This document shows positions 15,812-29,724 of a stretch of DNA of 64,000 nucleotides, piece by piece. Origin of the DNA: Eledone cirrhosa (lineage: Eukaryota). Below the pieces are notes generated by a model. The model saw nothing but the letters and a program-made list of their open reading frames with translations, made no database searches and was not told the origin of the DNA. Position 1 is the stretch's first letter. Every line of letters begins with the position of its first letter. The stretch is taken from contig OZ024743.1 of NCBI GenBank assembly GCA_964016885.1, positions 195,982,001 through 196,046,000 of the forward strand, read 5' to 3'. The translations under genes were made by a program, and so were the position numbers.

Positions 15812-16412
15812 GTTATATAGTAAGGTGCAATATTGGTTGAGTAAAAAGGTCCAATAACATTATGTTAGCAATATTAAGTTCTCCACGCTTTTGTATTTCT
15901 CCAATTCCAATCGAGGGAACAGCTAGATGATGTAAAACGGAGTTTAAGTATCAACATGAAAATCCGAAGGCAAGGTAAAATTCCAATCATTTAATCACGA
16001 CACATGTTTCAATAAGAGATAGATCGATTGTGGTTTCGTCCGCATTTTAAGACATCCGATAACATTGGATATCTAGAGCTTCGGATTCATATCCGAAGCT
16101 CTAGATATCATGGTAGAGGTAATTAAATATGTACACATTCCTACTAGTTTATTTTACACCTAATTCTGTTTAGTTGACTGTATATCTGGTCGATTTATAC
16201 ATGCTGTAGAACTGTTCGATAAATACACCGTCGTAACCACCGCGAAGGGGCTGCTTTCGGTTATTTGTCGGAGATTTCTTCATAGGAGCCTTTATTCTTA
16301 TAGCTTGGTCTAATTGATTTTTATATGGTTAATTATGGTAATTGGGAGAGGAAACGGTATATATTTTATCTAGTGATTCTATAGACATGTTTTATGATAT
16401 ATAGCTCTGATT

Positions 16413-16600
16413 GTGGATTGGCAGTATCGGTAGAGGGTCGGACGCCATGCTTTCCAGCATAGTTACGTTCATTTACGATCTGAGTTCAAATCCCGCCGAG
16501 GTTGACTTTGCCTTTCATCCTTACGGGGTCGATAAAATAAAGTACCAGTAATGTACTGGGTAATTGCTGGCCTTGTGCCTAAAGTAGAAACAATTATTTA
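16413..16600 (+). mobile_element. tRNA-derived cephalopod-type SINE
   Basis: A box TGGCAGTATCGG, B box GAGTTCAAATCCC, core GACTTTGCCTTTCATCC..GGGGTCGATAAAATAAAGTACCAG; absent from the sister repeat at about 17250. Confidence 0.88.
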
Positions 16601-16884
16601 ATTTATTAATTCTTCATTGAGCCACAAAGTGACCCGTTGCAAGACACATATATATCTATGACTTTATATATATATATGTAAACCTTTATATGTAATAATC
16701 TCCTGTTAGGTTGAGATACAATTTGGCTGTATTGGGCTGCGCTTTCTAGCAATAAGCCTACTAGCTGTAAGCAACTAATCACATCCTTTCTAACTTGACC
16801 GCTGCCACGTCACGATTCTTAGCCATTTTTTAATGTATTCATGGTGCGATCACTTTGGAAAATTAATTGTCTAAATTCGAGCTA

Positions 16885-16962
16885 ACTTCCTGATGAATCC
16901 GAATCTCTAGATATCCAATGTTATCCGATGTCTTAAAATGCGGACGAAACCATGGTAGAGGT
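16885..16962 (+). ncRNA. Type I hammerhead ribozyme
   Basis: ACTTC-CTGATGA-ATCCG..CGGAC-GAAA-CCATGG-TA-GAGGT. Confidence 0.8.
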
Positions 16963-17519
16963 AATTAAATATGTACAGATTTCTTCTAGTTTATTTTACA
17001 CCTAATTCTGTTTAGTTGACTGTATAACTGGTCGATTTATACATGCTGTCGAAATGTTCGATAAATACTCCGTCGTGACTACCGCGAAGGGGCTGCTTTC
17101 GGTTATTTGTCGGAGATTTCTTCATAGGAGCCTTTATTCTTATAGCTTGGTCTAATTGATTTGTATATGGTTAATTATGGTAATTGGGAGAGGAAAAGGT
17201 ATATATTTTATCTGGTGATTCTATAGACATGTTTTATGATATATAGCTCTGATTATTTAATTTATTAATTCTTAATTGAGCCACAAAGTGACCCGTTGCA
17301 AAACACATATATATCTATGACTTTATGTATATATATATGTGTAAATATATATATGTATATATATATATGTGTAAATATATATATGTATATATATATATAT
17401 GTAAATATATATATATATGTATATATATATGTAAATAGATATATATATGTATATATATACACGTATATATATATGTATATATGTATATATACATATATGT
17501 ATATATATATATATGTATA

Positions 17520-18083
17520 CCTGTCCCATGGTCGGGTCGTTGGCGACTAAACTGGCAACCCCACCAAGGTTTCTTGGTGAGGAGGGTGACTTTGGACATC
17601 CTGCAGGACTAAAAACAAAACCTGTCAAAAGGCAAAGGAGCTCTTAAGAGTCAATGGCCATCCAAAATCACCGGGAGAGATGACCCCTTAGCCTTTGTCA
17701 AGGCAGAATTCTAGGAGAAGGAAAACTCTGATATAACACCTGCAACCCTGATGGTATCCAATGATGTTGACTTGTTCTTCTTTTTGGTAAATATCATCTT
17801 GGTTAAGAGAGTGGGACTGGCTTTGTGCAGTGCCTTTGCTCACTATAAAAGCTTCACGGCACAGGCATTGCTTTATATCTGGAGATCTCTCTGCATTTGT
17901 CGTCACATGGTACCATGGGCCCAGCACTATGTGTCAATAATTGTCACAAGTGTAGTGTTTGTACCAGAGCTTTCAAGTCGCTGGCTGGACTAAAAAGTCA
18001 CACTCGTTCAGCGCATCAGTAGGGGTTCTCCTACATGGATATAAAGTAGTGGCCGTACTCGAAAACGAGTTGGCAGCCACCAT
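17520..18083 (+). mobile_element. Non-coding retroposon-like repeat (copies at 36877-37480 and 52091-52357)
   Basis: Variable left ends, fixed right end GGCAGCCAYCAT, microsatellite flanks. Confidence 0.7.
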
Positions 18084-18115
18084 ATATATATATATAGTAT
18101 ATGTATATATATATG

Positions 18116-18165
<50 letters not shown>

Positions 18166-18166
18166 C

Positions 18167-18335
<169 letters not shown>

Positions 18336-18637
18336 ACCTTTCATAGGTTATGGGAGAGGAAACGGTATATATTTTATCTGGTGATTCTATAGACATGTTT
18401 TATGATATATAGCTCTGATTATTTAATTTATTAATTCTTAATTGAGCCACAAAGTGACCCGTTGCAAAACACATATATATCTATGACTTTATATATATAT
18501 ATATGTGTAAATATATATATGTATATATATATATATGTAAATATATATATATATCTATATATATATGTAAATAGATATATATATGTATATATATACATGT
18601 ATATATATATATGTATATATGTATATATACATATATG

Positions 18638-18671
<34 letters not shown>

Positions 18672-18690
18672 GTATATGTATATATATATG

Positions 18691-18730
<40 letters not shown>

Positions 18731-18754
18731 TGTGTGTATATATATATACATATG

Positions 18755-18845
<91 letters not shown>

Positions 18846-18848
<3 letters not shown>

Positions 18849-19191
18849 GATAAATCTACCAAGAGTTTACGGTAGTGTCCAATCCGTATGAAGAACTCAA
18901 TGTAATCCGGATATCATGGAAAGAAGAGATGCAATGAAAAATCACTTTCGGTGAAAGATAAACGGAATACAGAGTCAAGATAAAATATTTAAAATATAAT
19001 GAATAAAACAATGAAACAGTTCCTTATATTAAACAAAAAAAGTTCATTATTTAACGATCGTTTCTGGGATATATATGTGTTAGAATTGGCATGTATATTT
19101 AACAGATCTATGTACAAAATTATACAAAATTATACAAACTATCAAAATTAAATATACATACCAACTCATATATATGCCGTCTTCAGAAATA

Positions 19192-19194
<3 letters not shown>
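18846..19194 (-). mobile_element. Short PLE-type 3' end in (TA)n
   Basis: (TA)n on both sides; begins at HHR stem I. Confidence 0.7.
19045..19194 (-). ncRNA. Type I hammerhead with very long stem II
   Basis: CATTATTT-CTGAAGA-about 115-nt fold-back-GAAA-CGATCG-TT-AAATAATG. Confidence 0.78.
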
Positions 19195-19236
<42 letters not shown>

Positions 19237-19418
19237 ACCCTTCATAGGTTATAGATTCCATACACTGGTGGTTTTCCCCGTTTTAATGATAGCGCACTGT
19301 ATCTCTAGTGTGTTACCTTTTCAACATATTGTACTTTAAAGAGCTCAGGATTTCCTCTTCTTTGAGCACATTATTTACAGGGAGCGGCGAGAGTCTATGG
19401 CTCCGTTAATGTATCGAG

Positions 19419-19461
<43 letters not shown>

Positions 19462-19537
19462 TACATGTATATATATATATATATATTTATATACATATAT
19501 GAATATATGTATATATATATGTATATATATGTGTATA

Positions 19538-19569
<32 letters not shown>

Positions 19570-19659
19570 GGAACGATCGACTTTCGTCAAATCGGACCGA
19601 GGGAACAATGTTTCCGTTGGTCTTTCCAATTGCTAATACTATCTATCGGTCGCAACTCC

Positions 19660-19781
19660 AGGTAGAAGGAGCAACGTGAAATAAAGTGTCTTGCTCAAGG
19701 ACAAAACGCATCGCCTGGTCCAGGAATCGAACTCACAACCTTACGATTGCGAATCCAATTCTCTAACCACTCCGCCACACG

Positions 19782-19784
<3 letters not shown>
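19660..19784 (-). mobile_element. tRNA-derived SINE head
   Basis: Minus strand AGGCGTGTGGCGGAGTGGTTAGAG..GAGTTCGATTCC then CCTTGAGCAAGACACTTTATTTCAC; similar to 23370-23480. Confidence 0.75.
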
Positions 19785-19830
<46 letters not shown>

Positions 19831-19861
19831 ATATATGTATATATATGTGTATATATATATA

Positions 19862-20098
<237 letters not shown>

Positions 20099-20114
20099 CG
20101 ATATATATATATAT

Positions 20115-21039
<925 letters not shown>

Positions 21040-21047
21040 GTATATAT

Positions 21048-21232
21048 AACAAAGGAAATGCGGTAATGAACCACATGGACCATAACGCACCAGAGTACTC
21101 AATACTTAGAGTAGTAGGGTGGGAAATAGGAAAAAATATGACCCGACGGCAGAGCTCAAGCCGATTCGACGACTATTTGCAGGCCAACTTAGTCCAGAAA
21201 TAGCCGTCGAAACGGAGTCATACTTTTTCCTA
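21048..21232. mobile_element. Short PLE family-A copy (tail + arm + inverted arm)
   Basis: Matches 5055-5185; inverted partial arm at 21197-21232. Confidence 0.85.
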
Positions 21233-21254
21233 TATGTATATATATATATATATA

Positions 21255-22450
21255 TCTTAGTCTTAGTCTTAGTTCCTCTAGTCCCTTGTGGAACATTGCG
21301 TGACGAGCTTCCTCCACTTGATCCTGTCACTGGCGGCCCTTCTAGCACTTGTCCAGGTAATTCCCATTTCCTGCAGCTCCCCCTTGAATGTGCTCCGCCA
21401 TGATTTTCGTGGTCTTCCCCGTTCTCTCCTGCCACCTTCTGGTACCCAATCCATGGCAATATGAGCAGGTCGATCTGCCGGCAAACGAAGGATGTGGCCC
21501 GCGAACCGCCGTCTCCTTTTCCGGACAATGTCCCTTTACCTCTCCAATCCTGACCTCCTCATCACTTCCTCGTTGATAACTTTCTCTCTCCATGAACTTT
21601 TCAATATGGTCCGAATGCAACGACGGTGGAATACATCAAGCTTGTTACATACACTTTCCGTACTCTTCCATGTCTCACAGGCATATATCGCTGTTGGTAC
21701 TACAATGGACATGTAAACACGGAATTTGACGGCGTTGTCGATTGAACACCTGGACCATACATGACGGAGTCGCTGGAAGACCGCCGCTGATTTTGCCAGC
21801 CTTGTGCGCACATCCACCCTAGCATCCCCATCGTCAGAGATGTTGCTGCCAAGGTATTGGAAGTGGTTTACACATTCAATGTTACGCTGACCAACCATGA
21901 TGGGAGGATTTGGAGGGCCACCTGTCGACATGGTCTTGGTTTTTTCACAACTGATGCGCAGGCCAACTTTCTCTGCATTGTCATTTAGAACGTTTGTCAT
22001 CTCTTGCAGGTCTTCTGGGGAATGGCCTATCACTGCGATGTCATCGGCAAAGTCCAGGTCGCTTAATCTCCTTCCATCCCAACTGCTGCCAAAACGAGGG
22101 TCACTCATTGTCTTCTTCATGATGAAATAGATGACAATGAGGAAAAGGAAAGGCGAAAGGATGCAGCATTGTCGAACACCTGTCAAGATGTCAAACATTT
22201 CCGTGTGTCCGTCCTTTGTCCTAACGCAGCACCTGGAATGTCGGTACAGCGACCTGAAGAAGTTAATATATTTCTCTGGGACACCGTAGAGTCTTACAAT
22301 CTTCCACAATGACACCCGATGAACACTGTCGAAAGCTTTCCTGAAGTCAATGTAGTTGACAACAAGGGACTTGTGGAACTCCCGACATTGTTCAATGATA
22401 TTTCGGAGAGTGAAGATCTGCTCTGAACAAGACCTTCCACTGCGGAAGAC
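21255..22450 (-). mobile_element. 5'-truncated RTE (BovB-like) LINE
   Basis: FRSGRSCSEQIFTLR, IDFRKAFDSV, GVRQ.CILSP, LDFADD, YLGS, YACETW; (ACTAAG)n 3' tail. Confidence 0.92.
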
Positions 22451-22455
22451 ATATA

Positions 22456-22491
<36 letters not shown>

Positions 22492-22493
<2 letters not shown>

Positions 22494-22904
22494 AAAAGGA
22501 TAGAGGTGTAACACACGAGTTGTGATATATTGGTAAAAGGAAAAGAAAATGCTGACAAATTGTTCCCAGTGAAAAATAGTTTAATTAGGAATAAGTAAAA
22601 ATTAGTAATAAGTATTGGTTAGTATTCAGTTTTAGTTTTAAGTTTTTACCGATTGCGCATTTCTAATGCTTTTCAAAAATAATTTTGAGATAGAGTGCCC
22701 GTGATGTTTGCTCTAATCTGATTAGAGCAAACATCACGGGCGCTCTATCTCAAAATTATTTTTGAAAAGCATTAGAAATGCGCAATCGGTAAAAACTTAA
22801 AACTAAAACTGAATACTAACCAATACTTATTACTAATTTTTACTTATTCCTAATTAAACTATTTTTCACTGGGAACAATTTGTCAGCATTTTCTTTTCCT
22901 TTTA

Positions 22905-22913
<9 letters not shown>
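22492..22913. mobile_element. Tail + near-perfect 389-bp palindrome in (TA)n
   Basis: Arms 22525-22718 and 22720-22913, 1-nt spacer, one mismatch seen; 33-nt tail. Confidence 0.88.
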
Positions 22914-22978
<65 letters not shown>

Positions 22979-23197
22979 CATATATATATATATGTATAAA
23001 TATATATATGTGTATATATATATGTATATATATATGTATATATCTAAATGTATATATATATACCCACTCACTTTTAGTATTATTCCCAAATGGACGTAAT
23101 AATTTGTCTGATAAAGTTATATCTGTATAAACACAGTGTGCAATCAAGACTGCACCAAATGTATAAATAGATACATATCTCTGTTATGTATGCATGT

Positions 23198-23480
23198 AAG
23201 TCTAAAGTCTGTCTTAAGCCAGAAGGCTCATTTGGCCGGTGCTTATCCCAGTTTCTTCGCGTGAAGCGACTGAGAGTACGGGACTCTACTCCGGACAGGA
23301 CGCCAGTCCATCGCAGGGTTAAACCCCTAGCTATTGCTGCTAATCATTTTCAACTGAGTATACTGGAACAACGTGAAATGAAGTGTTTTGCTCAAGAACA
23401 CAACACGCAACCAAGGAATTGAACCCACGACGTTATGATCGTAAGTCCAACACCCTTACCACGAGGCCGCGTGCCTCCAC
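23198..23480 (-). mobile_element. tRNA-derived SINE with V-domain-like core
   Basis: Minus strand A/B boxes (GGCCTCGTGGTAAGG..GGTTCAATTCC) and CCCTGCGATGGACTGGCGTCCTGTCC. Confidence 0.8.
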
Positions 23481-23559
23481 TGTATGCATGTAAACATGTC
23501 AGAAAATACGAATTTCCCTGTAAATTATAAACATGACGAGCATCTTATTTTCTGGCTAC

Positions 23560-23570
23560 ATATTTTGTAC

Positions 23571-23606
<36 letters not shown>

Positions 23607-23609
23607 TAC

Positions 23610-23663
<54 letters not shown>

Positions 23664-23759
23664 TACATAAATATATATATATACATAGGTATATATATAT
23701 ATATATTTTTTTGTACATAAATATATATATATATATTTATATATATATATATTTTGTAC

Positions 23760-23770
<11 letters not shown>
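23560..23770. repeat. Minisatellite ATTTTGTACATAAAT(AT)n x5
   Basis: Direct reading. Confidence 0.85.
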
Positions 23771-23831
<61 letters not shown>

Positions 23832-24438
23832 ATAATAATAAAATGTTAATAAATATATATATATATATATGCATATATGCATGCAATGTCACAATCGAAT
23901 TTTTCAAAAAATGTATGTATAAAACGCATACTAACCATCACTACATATGTTTTCAGCACTATTGCATATATTCACTTAGGAATGTCGGTAAATATTAAGA
24001 CAAGAATTCGTCTATTTTATTTCCACTTATTTCTATCACATCGTGATAGAAATAACAATAACAACCATAACAAAATGAATGTCAATTCTAGGCTCGATAC
24101 CGCAAGATTTGAAACAGGTTATTGAAGACAACATTAGTGGGAGATGAAAAAAGAGAGTATAGCTCTATTGGAAAGTTGAATGACTAATCTAATATAGTTG
24201 CTCCTATGTAAGTCTCTGAATCTTTAAATATACCTTTCTGAATCTTTAAATATACCACACTACCTCTACTGCTCTAAAGGTTCTAGCCTTCAAAATATCG
24301 ACTTGATTTAATGATAGATAAAATGTTTCTCGTGGGCAATTTTGCCTTTCATCTTTTCTATGTCGACAGAAAATACAGTCCAGTACTGGGTTTGATTCCT
24401 TTACTGTACATCTTTCTCATTTTCTCTTCACCCCCTCC

Positions 24439-24495
<57 letters not shown>

Positions 24496-24963
24496 TCTCT
24501 CTCAAGAAGAAACGAACCTAGAGATGAGATGGGCTTTGCCAGGTTTTAAAATCTCTCAAGACAGGAGTTATGTCATGACGGCACCCCTACGTTTCAATCA
24601 GGTTTTAGGGGTTCATACGTACATGCAAGATGGTTCACCAGTTGGTCGATTTGGCACAGTCACTAAAGTGTTAGATATTTGTTCTGTATCTTCGCATACA
24701 ATGTTCAAATCCTCCGATGTCTACTTTGCCGTTCATTCATTCGAGATAGATAAAAATAATTCCCATCTCTGTACGACTACAGTTCATTGTCCTCCTAGAT
24801 ATCACAGCCTGGATGTCTCCGTTGATCAAGGACATGAGGGATAGATATCGTCTGTGTAACCTCGTGACAGTAGGAGCACCTTAAATCTCTTAGCGAAAGC
24901 ATGGTACATACTACCCAGTCATACTCGATTGCAAGTGACGTCAGTTGTAGTCTTAGTTTTAGA

Positions 24964-25055
24964 TCAGATGTTCTCAAAGCGGGCGCTACCACCCCCCTGG
25001 GGGTATTGAGAAGGTCCAAAGGGGAGCTGGGGCCTAAGTTGACACTGGGGGAGGT
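24964..25055. mobile_element. Decayed hAT/Charlie-like terminus
   Basis: CAGATGTTCTCAAAGCGGGCGCTACCACCCCCCTGGGGG resembles Charlie ends; partner end not found. Confidence 0.45.
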
Positions 25056-26777
25056 AGAGATGATATAATAGTATATTAAATATCAAATGATACATATTAT
25101 ATATAAATATAGTACAATAACAAATATATGATATTTATTTATACATAGTATATATTATATTATTTATTATATATAAATTAACAATTTTATTTATTATATA
25201 TTATTTACAATTTGTGTGTAGGCAGGTCTTTCGCAACTAGGGTGGGAGGTGGGGGTATTTGCAGCCTATCAAAATGCTTATGTTGACATTAATTCTTTCT
25301 AAAAGTATTAGCGCCGCGTTGAACAAGAATCTAAACCTGGTCGACAAATTAAATCACTTACTATACGGCGCTCATTATTTAACACTTTCTTTGCTATAAA
25401 TCAAAGGGTTGAGATAATAAAGACGATTAAAGGATGTTTCCAGAAAAAAGGTTACTGATCCATACTTGACCTCCTTTTAATACGGGAAATATTTTAATGC
25501 TATCGGTTTAGTGGAATGTTAAGTCGATATTAAAGCAGCATGGACTCAGAAATGGTAGATACCTATCAAGATACAATAATGTAATTTTTCCTGTTAGTTA
25601 TCCTTTGCCCCAAACTGGCTGCTTTAATAACTTAGCAGTAGTGACCTTTGAGGATATTTCATGTATGAAAAGGTCAATTGTAGGCGTCAGAGAATATAAA
25701 ATCATTTCGGTGTGAACTTCCATATAGTATCAAGGAAAGTTTCCTTCAATATCTTCAGTTCTGCATCAGTAATGATCACTCACTAGATCAACGATGTGGA
25801 AATAAGCTATAAACTGGGATTGAACCTGACTTCTCGGTTTAGTTGTTCACTGTAATGTTGCCAACTCGACAGTGACATTTATTTCGTAATAGCTATTGAT
25901 TTATAACGTAAGAATCGTTCTTGTTACAAAATTGATTTTTCTGCTGGCTGTCAAGTCTTAAGCTCTTTCCATACATTCATTTTAGAAATCAATAATCGTT
26001 GCTGAAAGCTGGGATCATTGAAAGCAAATATCTTGGTCGACAATTCTTCAATTATCTACAACCGAAGGGTACTCTCGACACTAAGCTTTCAAGAACGTTA
26101 TTAATAGTTTAGGATATATACATTATCTGTGCCCATCTGTCTGTCTTTCTCCAATGCAAGTGCCTGTTTCCTAATGCAAAAGTTATTGAGTGGTCAGTGC
26201 CTTTAGCTGTCACATTCAAAAGTACACTGTTAAGTTCCAACGTTTATTTGGCTCTCTCAAGAGTATCGTTTGAAGAGAAGTGAGAGAAAGTATCTTTCTC
26301 CGATTAACTCTAAATGCTTTATGAAAGAGCCGACCAGATTTCGTCCATATTTTGTTACTGTTTCATCAGCTTATGTTAATGTCTATATACTTGACTGACA
26401 GAGAGTGAAAGATAGAAAGAGGTTGAAAAGAATTTAAAGAGAAATATGATAGTACGATAGAGAGAGGGGGGCGAGATGGAGAGGAGAAAAGGAACGATGA
26501 AAATGCTAAAATAGGCGTCCAGTAATTTGTTTACTACAAATGCTAAAGTCAGGCCAGGGAAATGCTCACATACTTTTACTGACTAAGAGTTGTAACTATA
26601 CGACTCGTCCGTCAGTTTCTAATGCTTACGTATTTTATATATACTCTCGCATTTTATATACACACTAGCATAGTACATATTAGAAATGACGCGGTGTATA
26701 GTAATAACAATTATTTAATAATTTCATAATGAAAACATACCCCGACCGACGAAAATCATGTGCATTATATACTAAGA

Positions 26778-26823
26778 CTAGCAGAAAACCACTCGGTGAG
26801 CGGTTTTCTGCTAGCAAATCTAG
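26778..26823 (+). mobile_element. Helitron-like 3' end (hairpin + CTAG)
   Basis: CTAGCAGAAAACCACTC-GGT-GAGCGGTTTTCTGCTAG followed after 5 nt by CTAG then T. Confidence 0.5.
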
Positions 26824-27040
26824 TGTATATACTGATATTGTTGAGATTTGGATGAGAAATGTTTTCGGCACCACATGTTCACCGTCTCTCGGTGTGTCTT
26901 TTATGCATGTATAAATATATATGTTATCTATACGGTGAAATCTTTGAAATAAATATATGTTAAAACGAAAAAGGAGAAAAGGAGATTAGTGACGGAAATA
27001 TAAACGTTATGATACATAAACGTTATGATATAACGATGGA

Positions 27041-27215
27041 TTGGCAGTATCGGTAGAGGGTTTGACGCCATGCTTTCCAATATAGTTACGTCCCTTTACG
27101 ACCTGAGTTCAAATCCCGCCGAGGTTGACTTTGCCTTTCATCCCTACGGGGTCGATAAAATAAAGTACCAGTAATGCACTGGGTAATTGCTGGCCTTGTG
27201 CCTAAAGTAGAAACA
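27041..27215 (+). mobile_element. Cephalopod-type SINE with TSD
   Basis: Nearly identical to 16413-16600; flanking direct repeat GTTATGATATAACGATGGA at 27022-27040 and 27216-27234. Confidence 0.9.
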
Positions 27216-27499
27216 GTTATGATATAACGATGGAAATATATCTTCAGATGGTCCTTGGCATAGTGTCAAGTCAGAACCGCCTCGAACTGGTTACTTCTGG
27301 CTTGTGCAAGGTCTCTCTATAGCAACCAGCGATTCCCTCGGCCTCAGTGACCAAAGTCAATGGAGAGGGGAAGGTAATGTTTCTATAGCGACAGTGTTTC
27401 TCTTGGTAGTACCAAAGTGGAGAAAGGAAGGGGAAGGTAATATTTCTGTAGCACCTACTTTTGAGTTTTAGGGAAGGACAGACAGACAGACAGACAGAC

Positions 27500-27524
27500 A
27501 AACAGAGAAATGCCCATATATTTC

Positions 27525-27577
<53 letters not shown>

Positions 27578-27735
27578 CACACACAGAAATGTATATATAT
27601 TTCTGTGTGTGTATATATATATATATATATTACACACACAGAAATGTATATATATTTCTGTGTGTATATATATATATTTCTGTGTGTGTATATATATATA
27701 TATTACACACACAGAAATGTATATATATTTCTTAG
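27500..27735. repeat. Palindromic minisatellite (ACACACAGAAATGTATATATATTTCTGTGTGT)
   Basis: Direct reading; 3-4 self-complementary units separated by (TA)n. Confidence 0.8.
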
Positions 27736-27849
27736 AACAAAATTATTATTAATGTTTTGCTGTTCATAACAATTGTAATTGAAAAATTACTTTTGAAATT
27801 ATTAGTTATTTTACTAATGCTTAGATATGTAAAAATGAAGCAATGTTTC

Positions 27850-28040
27850 TAATAATTGTTTCTACTTTTGGCACAAGGCCAGCAATTACCCAGTACATTA
27901 CTGGTACTTTATTTTATCGACCCCGTGAGGATTAAAGGCAAAGTTAACCTCGGCGGTATTTGAACTCAGACCGTAAGGGGACGTAACTCCATGCTATGAA
28001 GCATGGTGTCCGACTCTCTACAGATTCTGCCAATCCACCG
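27850..28040 (-). mobile_element. Cephalopod-type SINE
   Basis: Reverse complement of the 16413 family. Confidence 0.88.
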
Positions 28041-28329
28041 CCCTAATGTCTGTACGTAATGAGGGAGTGAGAGGGGAGAGAAAGAAAGGCAGAGGTGAAG
28101 TGACGAAGTGACTCTCTCCTCCTCCCCCTTCATCTCCCCATTCGTCACAGCGATAGAGGGGAGGAATGTTAGTGTGTTACAAAGAGAAAGAGTGAGAGTG
28201 AGAGAAACAGTCAGACTAAAAGAGAGGGATAGCTGGAGAGAGAGAGAGATAGCAACCACGCGCGCATGTGTTTCCACTGTCGGACAGACAGACAGAGAAA
28301 TTGCTGGTTATATATTATAAGGAGATAAG

Positions 28330-28553
28330 GGAGGTGGATTGGCAGTATCGATAGAGCGTCGCCCGACATGCTTTACGGTACAGAATTACGTTCTGAGTTC
28401 AAATCCCACCAAGATTAACTTTGTCTTTCACCCTTACGGGGTCGATAAAATAAAGTACCAGTAATGCATTTGGGTTGATTTAATCGACTTGTCCCCCCCC
28501 CCCAAAAAAAAAACAAAGATTTTGTTGGCCTTATACCTAAATCAGAAACTATT
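28330..28553 (+). mobile_element. Cephalopod-type SINE (longer subfamily)
   Basis: Same A/B boxes and core, extra GGGTTGATTTAATCGACT segment. Confidence 0.85.
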
Positions 28554-28754
28554 ATATACTTAGATACTTACACTCACATATACATCCTCACATCTCCACA
28601 CATACATACATACACAGAAACACACATATCCATGGGAGCGTCAGCATTTTATTATCGTATTATACCTCATGTTTCGACCGCAATGAAAGGTCTGCTCTCT
28701 GTGCTTCCAAACATGTCGAGATCTAATCTAAATTTGAAAATAAAAGTATTTCAC

Positions 28755-28978
28755 AAATCATAGCTGGACAGATTTAACGGGCAAAACCAATCTGTAGGAC
28801 ACCCAGGAGTAGATCCCGAGCAAGATGATTGGATAACATAATGACGTTTGTTGATCTCGCTTGGGGATCCAGTTGGACGAGTTAGATAAGGTTGCTTTTG
28901 ACAGGTGCCGCTGGAAGGGTTGTCTGACGACTCTTCTCCCACGACCCTCGGAGGAATAAGTGGGCGAAGAAGAAGAAA
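28755..28978 (+). mobile_element. Decayed LINE (RTE-like) 3' end; related piece at 39340-39555
   Basis: Two similar segments encoding G.P..RWLD.I-like C-terminus; GAAGAAGAAGA tail. Confidence 0.55.
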
Positions 28979-29330
28979 ATACCAGCACATTATATTTTGT
29001 AATTATAAACGGTTGTGCAAAGATAATTCCGCTCTCTAAACGACTGGAGCTGATAAAGCTACAGCAATCTTAACAGAAATATGGCCAGAGAATACAAAAA
29101 AATGCAAGTTTCTCGTCAGTGTATTCTTCTGACACACATATGCTTACATGCATATGCAGATACATATGTACCAACAAATGCACATGCGCATGTATACATA
29201 TAAAATACTGGATTTCAGTTGACTCTTCTGAGTTAATTTGCAGTTTGCCAGGCTTTGCTTTGTATACCAAAGTGTCTAAATATGACCCTCCTCCCCAGGT
29301 AGACTTAATAAGGTTGAAAATTTCACTTTG

Positions 29331-29405
<75 letters not shown>

Positions 29406-29519
29406 AAGGATTTGAATTATACATGCATATATACATATACTTACATGCATTGATGCATGCATATATACATAATGCAAACATATATTCATACGTTCAAGCA
29501 TATATATATTATGCATTTA

Positions 29520-29575
29520 GTCCAGAATTAGCCGTCGAAATGGCTTGAGCTCAGCCGTCGGGGTCCTACTCGTTC

Positions 29576-29577
<2 letters not shown>
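29520..29577 (+). mobile_element. PLE family-A tail-less end fragment
   Basis: Matches 9668-9722. Confidence 0.8.
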
Positions 29578-29625
<48 letters not shown>

Positions 29626-29658
29626 TTAATAAATGGAAACTATTTATAAAACCATATT

Positions 29659-29724
29659 TATTTTATTATACATATTTCAAGGGCAACCAAGGCAAATTAT
29701 GATGCGCTTTCATCAGATAAAATA
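29659..29724 (-). ncRNA. Type I hammerhead ribozyme (sense to ORF of element B)
   Basis: TATTTTAT-CTGATGA-AAGCGCATCA..TGGTTGCCCTT-GAAA-TATGTA-TA-ATAAAATA. Confidence 0.85.

Larger units (their letters stand above)
16030..17340 (+). mobile_element. Head-to-tail non-coding HHR repeat (retrozyme/PLE-like)
   Basis: 16109-16680 repeated at 16951-17340; inverted HHR piece at 16031-16090; partial third copy at about 18350-18510. Confidence 0.75.

Noticed and set aside
16413-16500. tRNA genes at A/B-box sites
   Set aside because: No cloverleaf; boxes continue into multi-copy SINE bodies.
25300-26400. Decayed transposase behind the hAT-like terminus
   Set aside because: No convincing motif could be read in any frame by eye.
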